A stretch of DNA of 64,000 nucleotides from contig NC_043002.1 of NCBI RefSeq assembly GCF_006345805.1, positions 4,588,001-4,652,000 on the forward strand, written 5' to 3'. This DNA is from Octopus sinensis (Eukaryota). Positions 33,397 to 48,303 of the stretch are shown one piece after another (position 1 is the stretch's first letter; each line of letters starts with the position of its first letter). Made by a program: the position numbers and the translations under genes. The notes below the pieces were generated by a model, which saw only the letters and a program-made list of their open reading frames with translations, had not been told where the DNA came from and did no database searches.

Positions 33397-36098
33397 ATAC
33401 ATACACACACGTGTGTTAGTGTGTGAGAACAAGTAGGTGTGTCTTTATATACGTATGTAATATGAAATGATTATGCATGGAAATGGTAAAAACTAAATTA
33501 TTATGATTAATATTACTATATATAAATATATATTAAATAATTTCACATTTTTCCACCCTTTCCATCCATTTTCAATCTTTCACTCTCTCTCTCCTCTCTC
33601 TCTTTCTCTCTCATTCTTTCCTCTTTTACTTCTCCCCTTCCCCACCACTTTCCTCTTCTTTCAGTTATCCTCTTCTTCTACTTCTTCTTCCCATTCTCTC
33701 CCACTCACACTCTCCATCACTCATCATCAACGTTTGTATTGATTATGCTCGTTGTTCGTCTGGGGATGGTAGGTTGGTTGAGTCGGAGGAGCAACAGACT
33801 TGGCAAAATGCCTTTATGTATAGTACTTCTATTCGTCCCTTGCATTCTACGTTCAAATCCCACCTAGAGCGACCTTGCCTTTCATCCTTCTCTTGAGGTG
33901 AGCAAAGTCCGTAAAATAAATACCTATTTCTTTACTACCCACAAGGGGCTAAACATAGAGGGGACAAACAAGGACAGACAAACGGATTAAGTCGATTATA
34001 TCGACCCCAGTGCGTTACTGGTCCTTAATTTATCGACCCCGAAAGGATGAAAGGCAAAGTCGAATTCGGCGGAATTTGAACTCAGAACGTAACGGCAGAC
34101 GACATACAGCTACGTATTTCGCCCGGCGTGCTAACGTTTCTGCCAGCTCGCCGCCTTTCGTAAAATAAATGACCATATCATGTATTTGAGTCGATACAAT
34201 AATAGACTACCCCCTTCTCTTCTCTCCCCACTAATGATTCGGCTTTGGACTTATGCAAGAATTCATTATTTGGTATTTTGGGGGGACAAAGTAGCGTAGT
34301 TGCTGAGGGAGTCGAGCGCGGGAGCCAAAACACAAAACCATTAAATCGCATCCTCTTTATGCTCTGATTTCAAATACCTGCTGGGGTTGGCTTGTTTTTT
34401 GTTTTTTTTTTCCGAATGTTTATATTGAATAAAGAATCCGTTAAATGTTACTGTGATTGAACAGGTGATTGAACTAGTTTCAACTTCTTCACAATTGTTA
34501 GATTTGTAGCAGAAAGTAAAAATCAATAATCGATCTGGTGCGCATGCCATATAGGGGCTCAGTGTTGTTATTATTAGCGCGCATGTGCTGCTCTTTTTAA
34601 TGGCACTCAATCGTCTTTTGCTCCTTTTTTTTAAAGAAGGTGAAAAGGACACATTGGCTGAAGTCATACATACACTTTGTTTTAAAATAAGATGAGGTAG
34701 TCATGTCTAGAGCGCCTTTGATCATAAATCCACTCGCTCAAAGCTGACGTGTGGCTAACGAAAAATGACAACTACTATTAATACTATTATTATGATTGTG
34801 TTTGTGTGTGTGCGTATGTAAAGTATTGAGCGTGATACAAAATTCCGAATTGCTACGTTAGACATTACTCTGTCTGGGGATCTCGAGAAAGTTGTCGGCG
34901 ATAGTCTGACCTCCTATCCGAGGGATAATTCAATTCTCACCAGGTTTATATTTCATCGAACACACGGTAGAACAAATCATGTTTATATTTTCTTTGGGAA
35001 ATGTTAGCTATAACTTTTACATTAATACGTGTTAGATTTTAGCTTGAGCAATAAACAATTATAATCAAATAGAGACGTTTTGTCTTCCCCCATCGAATAA
35101 GTGAATTAATAAATACAGAAATGAAGAATGAAAGCAGGAAGGCATTTATAAGGAGTTACAATTGCTTTAAAGTCAGGAAAGCGGAATTGTAGTTCTGTGA
35201 AGACATAATGTATTACAATACACTAGGTATCAAAGAATAGTGATTCGTTCGATTGACTCCCAAGGGGGAAAAAAGGAGTAGATATCAAGAAAATAACAAG
35301 TGATTTGATTTGTCGTTTGTATATATCAGTCAATTGATACTTCGATTTCCAGTTCAAGTTATACTTTAATAAAAGAAATAAGCAGTGCGAAGACTGTATT
35401 TAATGTGAGGACGATCTTTAAGTGTAACGAAATAATGTTCCGGTGAGCTGAGTTCCTTGGGGAATCTGATTCCGATTCTTTGTTGGAACAGTTAGAACAT
35501 GGGCCAGTATCGGTTCTACCAAATTGATTTTCCATTGACATACTACATGTCTTCACTTCACTTCACTTCAGAAATACTCCTCTTCACCTCCTTAATATGG
35601 TGGTAAGTTGAAAAAGATTTTCTTTCATGAAGAAATTAGTTATTCTTCGATTTATGTACGAAAACCTTTACACAAGTTATATTTTATCTTCAGCCAACTC
35701 ACAATTCGTTCGAAGTCTTTTAGAATAAGTTCTATGCACTTGGACCTTTTTTATTTTATCGTATTTATTTTCTAATTACTTTTTTTTCATTAAATTATAC
35801 TTGTCCGAATATTGCAAGTAAAAATTTTATAGTGCAATTAAGGAGCAGAAAATTAAAGTAAAAATGGTTAAATATAATAAATAAATTAAAATCTTGTAAA
35901 TAAAGAAATGCCGGTTGAAGCATATGTAACAAAAGAGGTATAAATGATGAAACAATATATAAATATTTTATAAACACAACGCCTCGCCGTGAATTGAACT
36001 CACAACCTTGCGATCGTGAGCCAAATACCCTAACTAGCAAACCACGCACCTTCACACACATACACACATACATATATATGTATGTATGTATATATATA

Positions 36099-36176
<78 letters not shown>

Positions 36177-36186
36177 ATATATATAT

Positions 36187-36247
<61 letters not shown>

Positions 36248-36647
36248 CATAACTACGTCAGGAAATTTGGCTAAAGATTAAATGGAACTGACGGCCAAGA
36301 ATTACGCGAAACAGATGCTGTAATCATCTTAGTCGAAGATGGAAACTAACTTTAACAAGTAGACAAGCGACTGATTAAACATTAAAATAGGATTTAACAT
36401 TGAAGCGAAACTGGTTTTGTGCTTTAATAACTTAAGCAGACAAAATACATACACAGGTCGAGTTTAATCTTCTTGCTATATGCTGCATGCGGTAGCAAAA
36501 TATAATTAATGCGTATCGATATATGACTCTAAACAACTGAACGTATGAACACACACAGACATACATATATTCATATATATATATATATATATCTATATAT
36601 ATATGTGTCTGTGTGTTTGTGTATGTGTGTATGTGTGTATGTATATC

Positions 36648-36683
<36 letters not shown>

Positions 36684-36721
36684 TAGATAGATAGGTAGAT
36701 GGGTTGATAGATATATAGGTT

Positions 36722-36801
<80 letters not shown>

Positions 36802-37464
36802 AAAGTATACATTATGCTACAGACGTAACCATAGCTGCGAGCTGGAAGATCATTAGAGTCGAAAGATTGTTTTGCAGTGCGTGTTCCGCCTCTTTATGTT
36901 CTGAGTTCAAATCCCACCAACTTTGACTGTCATCCCCTTGAGATCCATAAAATGTACCAGTGAAGTACTGGGGTCAAGAGTTTCGATTAACCAGCAGTCC
37001 TTAAAAATTTTTGGCTTTGTGCCTAAATTGGAAAACTCTTGAGACTAATCTGTGCGTAACAGGAGATTGTAACGAAAACAAATCTTCCATAATTGGGAAT
37101 GGATTATTAGTTGTCGAACAAAATGTTTTGAGTTATTTGTCTCTATTTCTTTACGTCGTGATTTCAAATCCCATTTGGTCAACTTTACGATTCATCCCTC
37201 CGTGGTCGATTGAATAAAGAGCCCATGAAATATTCGAATAGATTTAATAGGCTAACCCTTCCCCCCAAAATATTTGGCTTGAGCTAGACTCTTAGAAGGC
37301 AGCATCGTTAATGCAAGATGCTTACTGGCATTTGGGGCTTCAGTTTTGCCTTTTATCCTTTCGGGTTCGATAAAATAACTACCAGTTGAGCACTGGGGTC
37401 GATCAATTCGACTTAATCCCATTCCCGAAATTGCTGGCCTTGTGCAAAATTTGAACCCGTTATG

Positions 37465-37506
<42 letters not shown>

Positions 37507-37705
37507 TGTTGTTGTTGTTGTTTTTGTTTTTCTTGTTCTAAGGTCTCTTATCTCGCTGCGATTCTTGTCCCCCTTCCGTTATCATTTTATCGGTATTGTC
37601 AGAGTCCTCTTCTACTACCGTCACTACTGCTAACCATCACCACCGCAACCACCAACGTAACACCACGAAAAACCACTAAAAACCACCACCACCACCACCA
37701 CCACC

Positions 37706-37743
<38 letters not shown>

Positions 37744-38237
37744 AAGAGTCATGCACGCTAGGTGTTGACAATTTACGAAATATTTACAAACAATAATAAA
37801 CATAACAAATTCCATGTTTACAACATAAGCAACAACAACAGCGTCTGTAACAACAACCTAAGCCAGAATGTGTGGTGGTGGTGTGGTGGTGGTGTGGTGG
37901 TGGGAAGGGAGTTTGCATGGTCTATCGACCTGCTAGAAATAGCGGGGAAGTCTTTCTCGTATCCATCTCCATCATTAAAAAAAATGAAGCAAATGACATT
38001 TTGTATTACGTAATCTTGAATAGCGATATACCTGAAAGACGAAAAGACCAGAGTTTTGTAATCACTGGTGGTTGGTTTATAAGTTAGTCATAAGTGTTTC
38101 GCTCGTAGGAAAACAGTAACGGAAACATTAAAAACCCATAACATTAACAACAACAACAATAGCCATCAATTAACAAAACGACCTCCAACAAGAACCGTAA
38201 TTTGTATGAAGCATTGTCGGATATAGATAAATGGTTA

Positions 38238-38545
38238 TCACCGTGACTCCGTGACTGATCAGGCTGTCAGATGTTACTACACATCGCTGGTCACAATGCG
38301 CTTCGCATTGTTTTAGCCTTCAAATGACGCCACCCTGCTGGCTAAGCGAGCAAGCCAACAGAAGAAAGAGTGAGAGAAAGTTGTGGTGAAAGAATACAGC
38401 AGGGATCGCCACCACCCCCTTCCGGAGCCTCGTGGAGCTTTAGGTGTTTTCGTTCAATAAACACTCATAACGCCCGGTCTGGGAATCGAAACCACGATCC
38501 TACAACCGCGAATCCGCTGTCCTAAACACTGGGCCATTGCAACTC
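38238..38545 (-). mobile_element. SINE head A with tail iii
   Basis: Same head and body; the tail matches an isolated fragment at 53722-53840. Confidence 0.7.
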
Positions 38546-39135
38546 CCAGATAAATGTTTATAAATTTTGTTTTTCAAGCCAAAACAACGCAAGTTATAAG
38601 AAATAATACAAGTCGATGATTTGTAATGTATTTCATTATTTCGGGGTCAGGATCTCCAGGAAATCATCGGAGGAATGGCGTTATAAGTTGATTTCTCCTT
38701 TGTTTTGTGCGTATTTCTTATAATTTGCATTGCTTTGGTTTCGAAAAATATTAAAAATTTTACAGAAATTTATAGTATGAGAAGCATGATGATGATGATG
38801 GTTAGGGAAGAGATAATAAAGAGGTGAGTAAATGGGGAGAGAAAGGGGAAGATGATAATGATGATGATGATGATGATATCTAATAAATACTTTTTGCTTG
38901 GCAGAATCTGTAGAGCACCGGACAAAAGGTCTTACGGTTTTAAGTCAAAGCGCTTTATGTTCCGCTGGTCACATGATCACCGGGATTGTCTTTACATTTT
39001 ATAGTTCCAGTTGTGGCGGGGGTGGGGTGATAAAATGGAACGCAAGACAACTACTAGGATCAATTTTATCTTGTTCATCCCAAATTTGTGGCCTAGAATT
39101 CGTTATTTTGTAGGTTCGTTGTGACAATGAGAATG

Positions 39136-39174
<39 letters not shown>

Positions 39175-39242
39175 CTAATGATTATGAAGTTGATAACTGA
39201 TGATGATTATATTGATGAAGGTGATGATGATGATGATAATTT

Positions 39243-39275
<33 letters not shown>

Positions 39276-39351
39276 AGAATGATCTGCGTGAAATCCATTA
39301 AAAACGTCATATGATCAATTACATTGATTTTTTTTAAAGATAATTCTTTTT

Positions 39352-39394
<43 letters not shown>

Positions 39395-39475
39395 TATATA
39401 TATATATGTATACATATATACATATATCTATATATATATATATATGATATGTATATAAAATATAAATATACATAC

Positions 39476-39520
<45 letters not shown>

Positions 39521-40443
39521 ATATATATATATATATATATATATGCATATATGCATTACTGTTTAGTGAATCGATGAACTTTTATTTCTGGAAAGATGGC
39601 CCAAAAGAAAGGCAAAAAAGTAAAGTAAATAAGAAAAAAAAGAATGAAAAAATAAGACAAATGATAACAAAATTTGGAAAATCAGAATACAAAATGAAAA
39701 AAAATAATCAAAAAATGTCAAACAAAACAAAAACAAATACATGAACTCAAACAAAAGAAAAAAAAGCAGAAAAATAATTTTAATGATAAAAGAAATAATT
39801 ATAATAATAAAACAATAAAGACAATATCAACAACAACACATTACTGCAATAAAAAAACAGTTCTATTGTTATTTGTAAAAATTTAAAAAAATTACGTAAA
39901 AACAATGTACAGGAAACGATATTAAAAAAAAACACGGAAGTTCAAAGTTGAAACAAATAAAAAAAAATAAATATAATAAACAAATATGTCGTAGTGAGAA
40001 TTGTGATATAGAAGGACTCGATAAACCTGTACGATACATAATAACACACTCAGACTCCTGGATATTTTGTGTATGTATATTTGCTGTATGTATGCATGTA
40101 TACATAAATTATATATATATCTGTATGCTGCATATAACATGCATGTAGAGTTATCTTTTTCCTTTCTTCATATCTATCTGTTTCTTTATTACCCACAAGG
40201 GGCTAAACACAGAGGGGACAAACATGGACAGACAAACGGGTTAAGTCGAGTTCGTCGACCCCAGTGCGTAACTGGTACTTAATTTATCGACCCCGAAAGG
40301 ATGAAAGGCAAAGTCGACCTCGGCGGAATTTGAACCCAGAACGTAACGGCAGACGAAATACGACTACGCATTTCGCCCGGCGTGCTAACGATTCTGCCAG
40401 CTCGCCGCCTATGTGTGTGTGTATGGTTCTATGTGTGTACGGT

Positions 40444-40484
<41 letters not shown>

Positions 40485-41296
40485 CTCTATGTGTGTGTGC
40501 TTGTTGAGTGCTAATTATGCAGTGCTTTGGGGACATACATGAGAGAGCAATATTTTTTTAAAATTTATTTTATGAATACAGAATTCACTGTTTGTGTGTG
40601 AGTGAGAGAGAGAGAGAGAGAGAAAGAGAGAGTATGCACATACATTGTGTGTGTGGATGTTTATGTATGTACGTATGTGTATACGTATGTGTGACTGTGT
40701 AATTGTGCGTAAGTCTAGTTATATATGATAAACTATTAACTATTCGGATTAGCATGTTATTCAAGATCTAGCTCTATGAGTGGAAACCTTGTGAATACAA
40801 ATGGAATATAATGCTTATCATATGAGTGTGCACGCGCGTGTGTGTGAATGTGTATGTATGTAAGTATATATAGATATATATATGTGTGTGTGTGTATACA
40901 CATGTATATATGTATGTATGTATGTATGTATATCGTAAACAAAATCTAATGGATAGCACAAAGCATCACCACACGGGTTTCGGTGGTATCGTTTATACCA
41001 AATATATGTTAATTACATAATTTATTGGATAATATTACGTGAATTCGTATTGTTAAATGACCCTTCTATTTCTTCAGGTGATATTCTGCCAAATATTTGA
41101 TACATGCACTGACCCACAAGATACCCAGGAGCAGTGGACAATTACTTAACTCTGTACAGACTGCTGAAATGACCAGGGGAATTACCTGGGATACTTATTT
41201 CCGGAGTAATCTGTTCAGCAGCCACAGCCAAAGATACGCGGTGGTGTTTCTTGATTAAGTTGCCATGATATATTTGATCCCTTCGCTTTAATATGT

Positions 41297-41369
<73 letters not shown>

Positions 41370-41998
41370 CGCGTTTGCGTGTGCGCACAGGAGTAAACAC
41401 CACAGTAAGATATATTTCTATTCCCTTTAAAGGTAAGAAATACGAAACATACATGTGTATATATGTATGCATGGATGTATTGCCGGGTGCGGTATAGGCA
41501 ACTAATCATTATTCAAACATAATAATTTATCCAATATTCAAACACAGATGAAAACATTCTTATTCACAAAAACCTTTGCAAATATTCTATAAAGCTTCCT
41601 AACATTCTCCCATATCGCCTCGAACAAATCGTGAACAAATTGTAGCCAAGAAAATGGTTGTTATAAAGAATTGTGAGGTAATATAACAGTGGAATGTTCG
41701 CAGAAAACCTGTTTTTAATGCATGGAGAAAGTTTCAAGAGGTGCAGACAACCTTACCAAATCTATTTCCAGGAAGATTACCGTTCAGTTCGTACCAGCTA
41801 ATAACTGAGTTGAGGCCGTGAACAACAGGGCAAAGAGAAATCTACAAAGGAGCTTGAAGTAGAGAGCAAAAGAGCTGAATATTTTAGATAGGTGGTTAAG
41901 GAGGATTGTGAAAGTGGATTTACGATGAAAACCGTAGAAGCTAGTGGAAGCAACGAGTGGTCACTTCGAATTGCAAATATATGTAAAATATTGCCAAT

Positions 41999-42415
41999 AC
42001 AGGAGTGGCTGTGTGGTAAGTAGCTTGCTAACCAACCACATGGTTCAGGGTTCAGTCCCACTGCGTGGCACCTTGGGCAAGTGTCTTCTACTATAGCCCC
42101 GGGCCGACCAATGCCTCGTGAGTGGATTTGGTAGACGGAAACTGAAAGAAGCCTGTCGTATATATGTATATATATATATATGTATGTGTGTGTATGTGTT
42201 TGTGTATCTGTGTTTGTCACCCTAGCATTGCTTGACAACCGATGCTAGTGTGTTTACGTCCCCGTCACTTAGCGGTTCGGCAAAAGAGACCGATAGAATA
42301 AGTACTGGGCTTACAAAGAATAAGTCCTGGGGTCGATTTGCTCGACTAAAGGCGGTGCTCCAGCATGGCCGCAGTAAAATGAATGAAACAAGTAAAAAGT
42401 AAAAGAGTAAGAGTA
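41999..42415 (+). mobile_element. SINE type D (CAGGAGTGGCTGTGTGGTAAG... with internal TA/TG microsatellite)
   Basis: Full-length copy; others at about 7421-7740(+), 15415-15705(-), 17840-18270(+), 24197-24580(+), 43264-43675(-), 44053-44467(-), 58675-59250(-), 61675-61825(-), 62985-63300(+). Confidence 0.8.
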
Positions 42416-42727
42416 ACCACCATGTAAAGTTTCAGGAACCAAAACCTAAAACTTAATTATTTTCTGATAAAAGGAAATATTGGGTAAATATATATGGCGT
42501 CCCGGTACATTCAATTATATTCTTCCTAATATTGGCTCAGGACCAATGATTATGTGAAGGTGGGGTGTCGGTTACATCGACCCCAGTGCTCAACTGGTAC
42601 TTATTTTATCGATCCCGATTGGATGAAACACAAATTGAACCTCGACGGAATTTGAACTCAGAACATTAAGACGGACGGAATACTACATAACGTTCTGTTC
42701 AGCGTGCTAACGATTCTGCCAGCTTGT

Positions 42728-42764
<37 letters not shown>

Positions 42765-43215
42765 CACACACACACACACACATGTATGTAGTCTTTTATC
42801 ATGTACTTGTTTCAGTCATTAGACTGCGACCGTGCCGGGGACCGCTTTGAATGGTTTTACTCGTACAAATCAACTTCACTACATTTGTCTGGCCCTTATT
42901 CTGATGACAACTTATTCCGACGACACAGAGGGAACACAAACATACCTTACCGTGCGTGTTTATTCATGCACACATACACACACAAGCGCACACACACATA
43001 CACATACACATTTCTATAAATATGACGAATCGAATCAGAAAACGTTATCTATTCTAAAGAAACGTCTTCAATAAGTTTTTATCTTTCACAAAATGCCAAG
43101 TAAGTGAAATATAGTTTCGTAATTAACTTATCTATGCATATTTTATACTCCAGTTTCACTTAAATAGATGCAACCATTTACACAAGTGCAAACAAACGAA
43201 TCGTTTATGCATCAT

Positions 43216-43263
<48 letters not shown>

Positions 43264-44838
43264 CTCTTTTACTCTTTTACTTGTTTCAGTCATTTGACTG
43301 CGGCCATGCCGGAGCACCGCCTTTAGTCGAGCAACTCGACCCCGGGACTTATTCTTTTGTAAGCCCAGTACTTATTCTATCGGTCTCTTTTACCGAACCG
43401 CTAAGTAACGGAGACATAAACACACCAGCATCGGTTGTCAAGCAATGCTAGGGGGACAAACACACACACACAAATACCACACACAAACACACACACACAC
43501 CACATATATATACATATATACGACGAGCTTCTTTCAGTTTCCGTCTGCCAAATCCACTCACAAGGCTTTGGTCGGCCCGAGGCTATAGCAGAAGACACTT
43601 GCCCAAGGTGCCACGCAGGGGACTGAACCCAGAACCATGTGGTTGGTAAACAAGCTACTTACCACACAGCCATTGCTTATATTCCTCGGACTAGTTCTCA
43701 TTCATATTTGAAATCTTTCCGAGGTATGAAACTTTAGGATATACCAGCACTTGGTTCTCACACCATTTTGCATATAGTCTAAGCGAACGAGTTAGCACAC
43801 GACTCGCATCGTTTTCGGTGCGTAGTACTGATATGTTACAAAGATGACGCAACACCAATGCCTACCACACCACAACCTGAAACAGAACCTGGCGTCAGTT
43901 ATCTCGCTTGTTTATAACTTCAAGGTGTTTTTACACCAGGTGTATTGGCGAGAAAACTTTGTATCATACCTATAAATTACAGCCTGCCCTCGGACTAGTA
44001 ATACACATACTTTGTGTATGTGTGTTCGATATTGTTTATATATATATATATACTCTTTTACTCTTTTACTTGTTTCAGTCATTTGACTGCGGCCATGCCG
44101 GAGCACCGCCTTTAGTCGAGCAACTCGACCCCGGGACTTATTCTTTTGTAAGCCCAGTACTTATTCTATCGGTCTCTTTTACCGAACCGCTAAGTAACGG
44201 AGACATAAACACACCAGCATCGGTTGTCAAGCAATGCTAGGGGGACAAACACACACACACAAATACACACACACAAACACACACACACACACACATATAT
44301 ATACATATATACGACGAGCTTCTTTCAGTTTCCGTCTGCCAAATCCACTCACAAGGCTTTGGTCGGCCCGAGGCTATAGCAGAAGACACTTGCCCAAGGT
44401 GCCACGCAGTGGGACTGAACCCAGAACCATGTGGTTGGTAAACAAGCTACTTACCACACAGCCATTGCTTATATTCCTCGGACTAGTTCTCATTCATATT
44501 TGAAATCTTTCCGAGGTATGAAACTTTAGGATATACCAGCACTTGGTTCTCACACCATTTTGCATATAGTCTAAGCGAACGAGTTAGCACACGACTCGCA
44601 TCGTTTTCGGTGCGTAGTACTGATATGTTACAAAGATGACGCAACACCAATGCCTACCACACCTGAAACAGAACCTGGCGTCAGTTATCTCGCTTGTTTA
44701 TAACTTCAAGGTGTTTTTACACCAGGTGTATTGGCGAGAAAACTTTGTATCATACCTATAAATTACAGCCTGCCCTCGGACTAGTAATACACATACTTTG
44801 TGTATGTGTGTTCGATATTGTTTATATATATATATATA
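43264..44838. repeat. Direct tandem duplication, period about 789 bp
   Basis: 43264-44052 and 44053-44838 are near-identical (SINE D plus about 370 bp of unique sequence), joined at a (TA)n tract. Confidence 0.9.
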
Positions 44839-44840
44839 TA

Positions 44841-45030
44841 CGTAGAGTTTACGAAAAAAAATACAACAAAAGACGAAGACAGGTGGTGTACAAAACAAAC
44901 AGATGTATTAGTTTAACGCTCACGAATAGAAAAAGTATTTTACGTTTCGAGCTTACGCTCTTCTACAGAAAGGGACACAGAAAGAAACAAGGAGAGAGAA
45001 AAATGTGTGTAGTGGCTAAATCTCGCAAGA
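44841..45030 (-). mobile_element. Terminal module copy (GAAGAGC/GCTCGAAAC family)
   Basis: Reverse complement matches 17315-17540; abuts (TA)n at 44822-44840. Confidence 0.55.
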
Positions 45031-45189
45031 CACTATTATTTAGTGGCAGATCAATTTGGACCAAAAGAATATAACCTACATAAACTATTCGATATCCAAA
45101 TGGGTTCATATGATAGCGCAGATACGATTTGTTAGGTCTATTCAAATTAGACCATCTTAATTCAAAATTGCGCAAACACAGTACCGGTA

Positions 45190-45900
45190 TATAAGAGGAT
45201 GACGGTTTGGCAGTATCACACAATTGTGTTTGCCATTCTGTGGATTCCTTTAGAAAACAGTTGATTTCAACCATACAATTTCTATAGACACTAACTAGAT
45301 CTGACGTTTTAGATGTTTCCTTAGATCTCAAAACTCATTATTATAAGCCTAAGCCTAACGAAAATCTAAAACATATTGATTAGCACTCTTTCCAGTCACC
45401 TATTGTATTTAAGAAATTCCAAACATTAGCCGTCTAGAGAAATACTTGAAAAGGCTTCACCATATTATAAGGCATTACAAGATAATGGCTTCACTGATAA
45501 AATATTCTATAACCTGCAACCTCATCTACCATCTGGTAGCAAGAAGAGATCCCATAAAATTTTATTGCTCACCCCGTCCTTCTTCCTAAATGAGAAGGAA
45601 AATACAGATAGAAGATTCTTACAAAGGCCTATATCTACAAACAACCGATGGCTCAGACCTGTCCTAGATGCACATGCATAGAAAAATCTTAGTGTCCTCT
45701 ATGGCAGGCAAGCAATATATCCTCCGTTGTTAATGAAGCACAGTTATCAGCAAAATATGTCAACGGCCGGACAGAGACCAAGTGCTATATTGGATCAGTG
45801 GAAGGTAAGTTTAAATCCAGCTATAATAATCACCTTTCGACTTTTAGATACCGCGAGAAGATATATGCAACAACCCTCTCGGCATTAATCTGGAAACTTA
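45190..45900 (+). pseudogene. Decayed Penelope-like element (RT + GIY-YIG endonuclease)
   Basis: DDGLAV (45198), FLDVSLDLKTHYYKP.KPNENL, EKASPYY.KALQDNGF, TKCYIGSVEGKFKSSYNNHLSTFRYREKIYATTLSALIWKL (about 45775-45900), typical of PLE RT-thumb and GIY-YIG regions. Confidence 0.7.
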
Positions 45901-48268
45901 ATTATTAATATTATGGTTTAATTTCAAACCCCATCGAGATCAGGTTGGGATTTCATCCTTGCGGGGTCTATAATGTAAAGTACCGGTAAAATTGCTGGAC
46001 GTGCCAAAATTGTTCTTAATTGCGACACTACTTTCTGAGTCCAATTCCCGCCATGGTAAATCCTGTTTTTCATCCTCCGGAGAATCATGAAATAAAATAC
46101 TAGCCCAGTACTGGGATTGATTTACTCAACTATACCTTCAACTATGAAAGGTTTCAGTCCCATCCCTACAACCAGCCCTGTACTTATTTTAGAAATCATT
46201 ATGAATACTTTCATTTGATTAAAACCGTCGAAGGTGTTGCTCTTACATGCAGTCCAATGTCTGAAATCAACAATAGAAAAACAATTATATTTGCGTTTTT
46301 GTCCAAAAGAAACCAAGGAATGTTATATACTGTTTCTATATATACTATATATTAAATATAGTATATAATATATATTATATATTAAATCAATAATTTTGAG
46401 GTAGATCTGTTTTTTTAGGTGACATGACATATTGGCCATCGACACAAGTTAGGCACAGCTCTGAAGTGGTCCTGCCTGCCTCAGCCTACTTACACATGTC
46501 CAACGCTTCATGAAAAGACAATAAAAGCCAAATAGTAGTTCAATGGGGTCGTTAACCAGGTGCCTACCACTGGAAAGTGCTCCCACCATTCATCTCTCTC
46601 GATTTCTTTAATGTTGAAACTTTCTTTTAGAGATTCATAGAAAAGACTTCATGATTTTAATCTTGAATTGTTTTGGTTTTTTTTTTTTTACATTTTATTA
46701 TAAGGGTTTGACAGGATTTGTGTTTCTGATACAACGATGTGATTTCTGGGTGGTCTCCTCTTTGCAGAGATAAATGGAGAAATCACACTGGGTCAACACG
46801 TCCTTGTCGTATGAGATCTGAAGTACGTCAATAACCCTGTAGGCAAAATTAGTTAACACTCAGTCATGCTGAACTGACAGAAAAGAGAAATAAAATTAGG
46901 AAACTACAAATGATCTAAACCCGCTTTCCAGCTGGACAACTATCCTACTTTGGGATCCGCTTCTCAAGAAAAAAATTACGTATTGTATGAACGATCATAT
47001 CGACATAAGTCCGACAAAATTTGGAGAAGAATATAATAGTTTATTAAATTCACTCAACTAGAACTTCTTTTATCGACTTCATTTATAAAAATAGCCCTTT
47101 CCGTGCTATTTCATCGCGAAACATAATACGGTCGAAATAAAATGCTTTATGTTACTTCTTTTCATATGTATACAGTATATTTAGCACGTTGGATATAATG
47201 TGCTTGTTATTAGGTGGTGAACATAACCCGTTGTCTGATTCAACACCACAGCTCAGCCGTTGAGTGTCATCATTGTTGACCAGTCTGTTATAGGGAGTTA
47301 GCTTAGATCTCTTTTTGCTACCGTGCCGAGAACGTCAAACCTACACACGAATATTCATCTCAAAAAGGGTAATACCTTCATAGAATGGATTGTGGAAGAA
47401 ATTTCATTAAAGGCCTGGTCACACGAGTGGGGCAGCAGCCACGGCTTTGAGAAAGACCTCCAAGCCTGGTTGAAAAAAGAAGAAACCAAGCACCAGACAC
47501 CAAAAACCAAGAGTCATGAGCTGCAGAAGTAGGTAGAAGTATATGAAGATGTTATTCTTTTAAGAGAAGAAAATTTATGTGATAGAGAATGGACGGCTTG
47601 CAATAGAATGGACTGCGCTAAAGACATCCAAGAGCTGAACTGTGGTGTTAAATGAGTACAGTGGCGTATTTTCAAACATACACACACACAAAAAAAAAAC
47701 TTAGAGTAGTGTTCTGCAACCTTGGACCGCAGACCAGTACCGGGCCGTGGATCATTTGGTACCAGGCCACACAGAAAGAATAAACTTTATTTTTATTATA
47801 TTGACTATCACAGTTTGCAGAGTGTTTTTTTAATAATTATATATGTATTATATATGTAATAATTGAATTATTTGGCACAGGTGTGCCTTTGCCGACCATA
47901 TGGTTCCAAGTTCAGTCCCATTACACGATACCCACCAAATTGTATTTCACAAGGTGTTAATCAACTTTTATCTACAGTATAAAACACTTGTCCGAGGTGT
48001 GGAACTGTGAGATCGAATACGAAACCAGGGTAGTTGTGAAATGAACGTCTGAATCATACAAACGTTCATTTTAATCTCAGTCATAGGATTAAGGGGATTT
48101 GAAGCTATTTTATAACACAATTGCCCCAGGGACTCTGTTGTGAGATCGAACGCACAATCTGATTACTGCAAAACGACCTTCTTAACCAATCAGTTACGCC
48201 AGCACATACACATAAATACACACACATACACACTCACACATACACTCACACACACACACACACACACT

Positions 48269-48303
<35 letters not shown>

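Noticed and set aside
35359-35556. Minus-strand 65-aa ORF in unique sequence (also 34341-34667 and 56053-56367)
   Set aside because: No recognisable domain, no convincing splice sites; short ORFs are expected by chance.
41640-41990. Possible Tc1-like transposase N-terminus (RKTVFNAWRKFQE...)
   Set aside because: Only one short HTH-like stretch; no DDE motifs or TIRs.
47323-47640. Possible RTE-like remnant (W-rich fragments)
   Set aside because: Resemblance too weak to call by eye.
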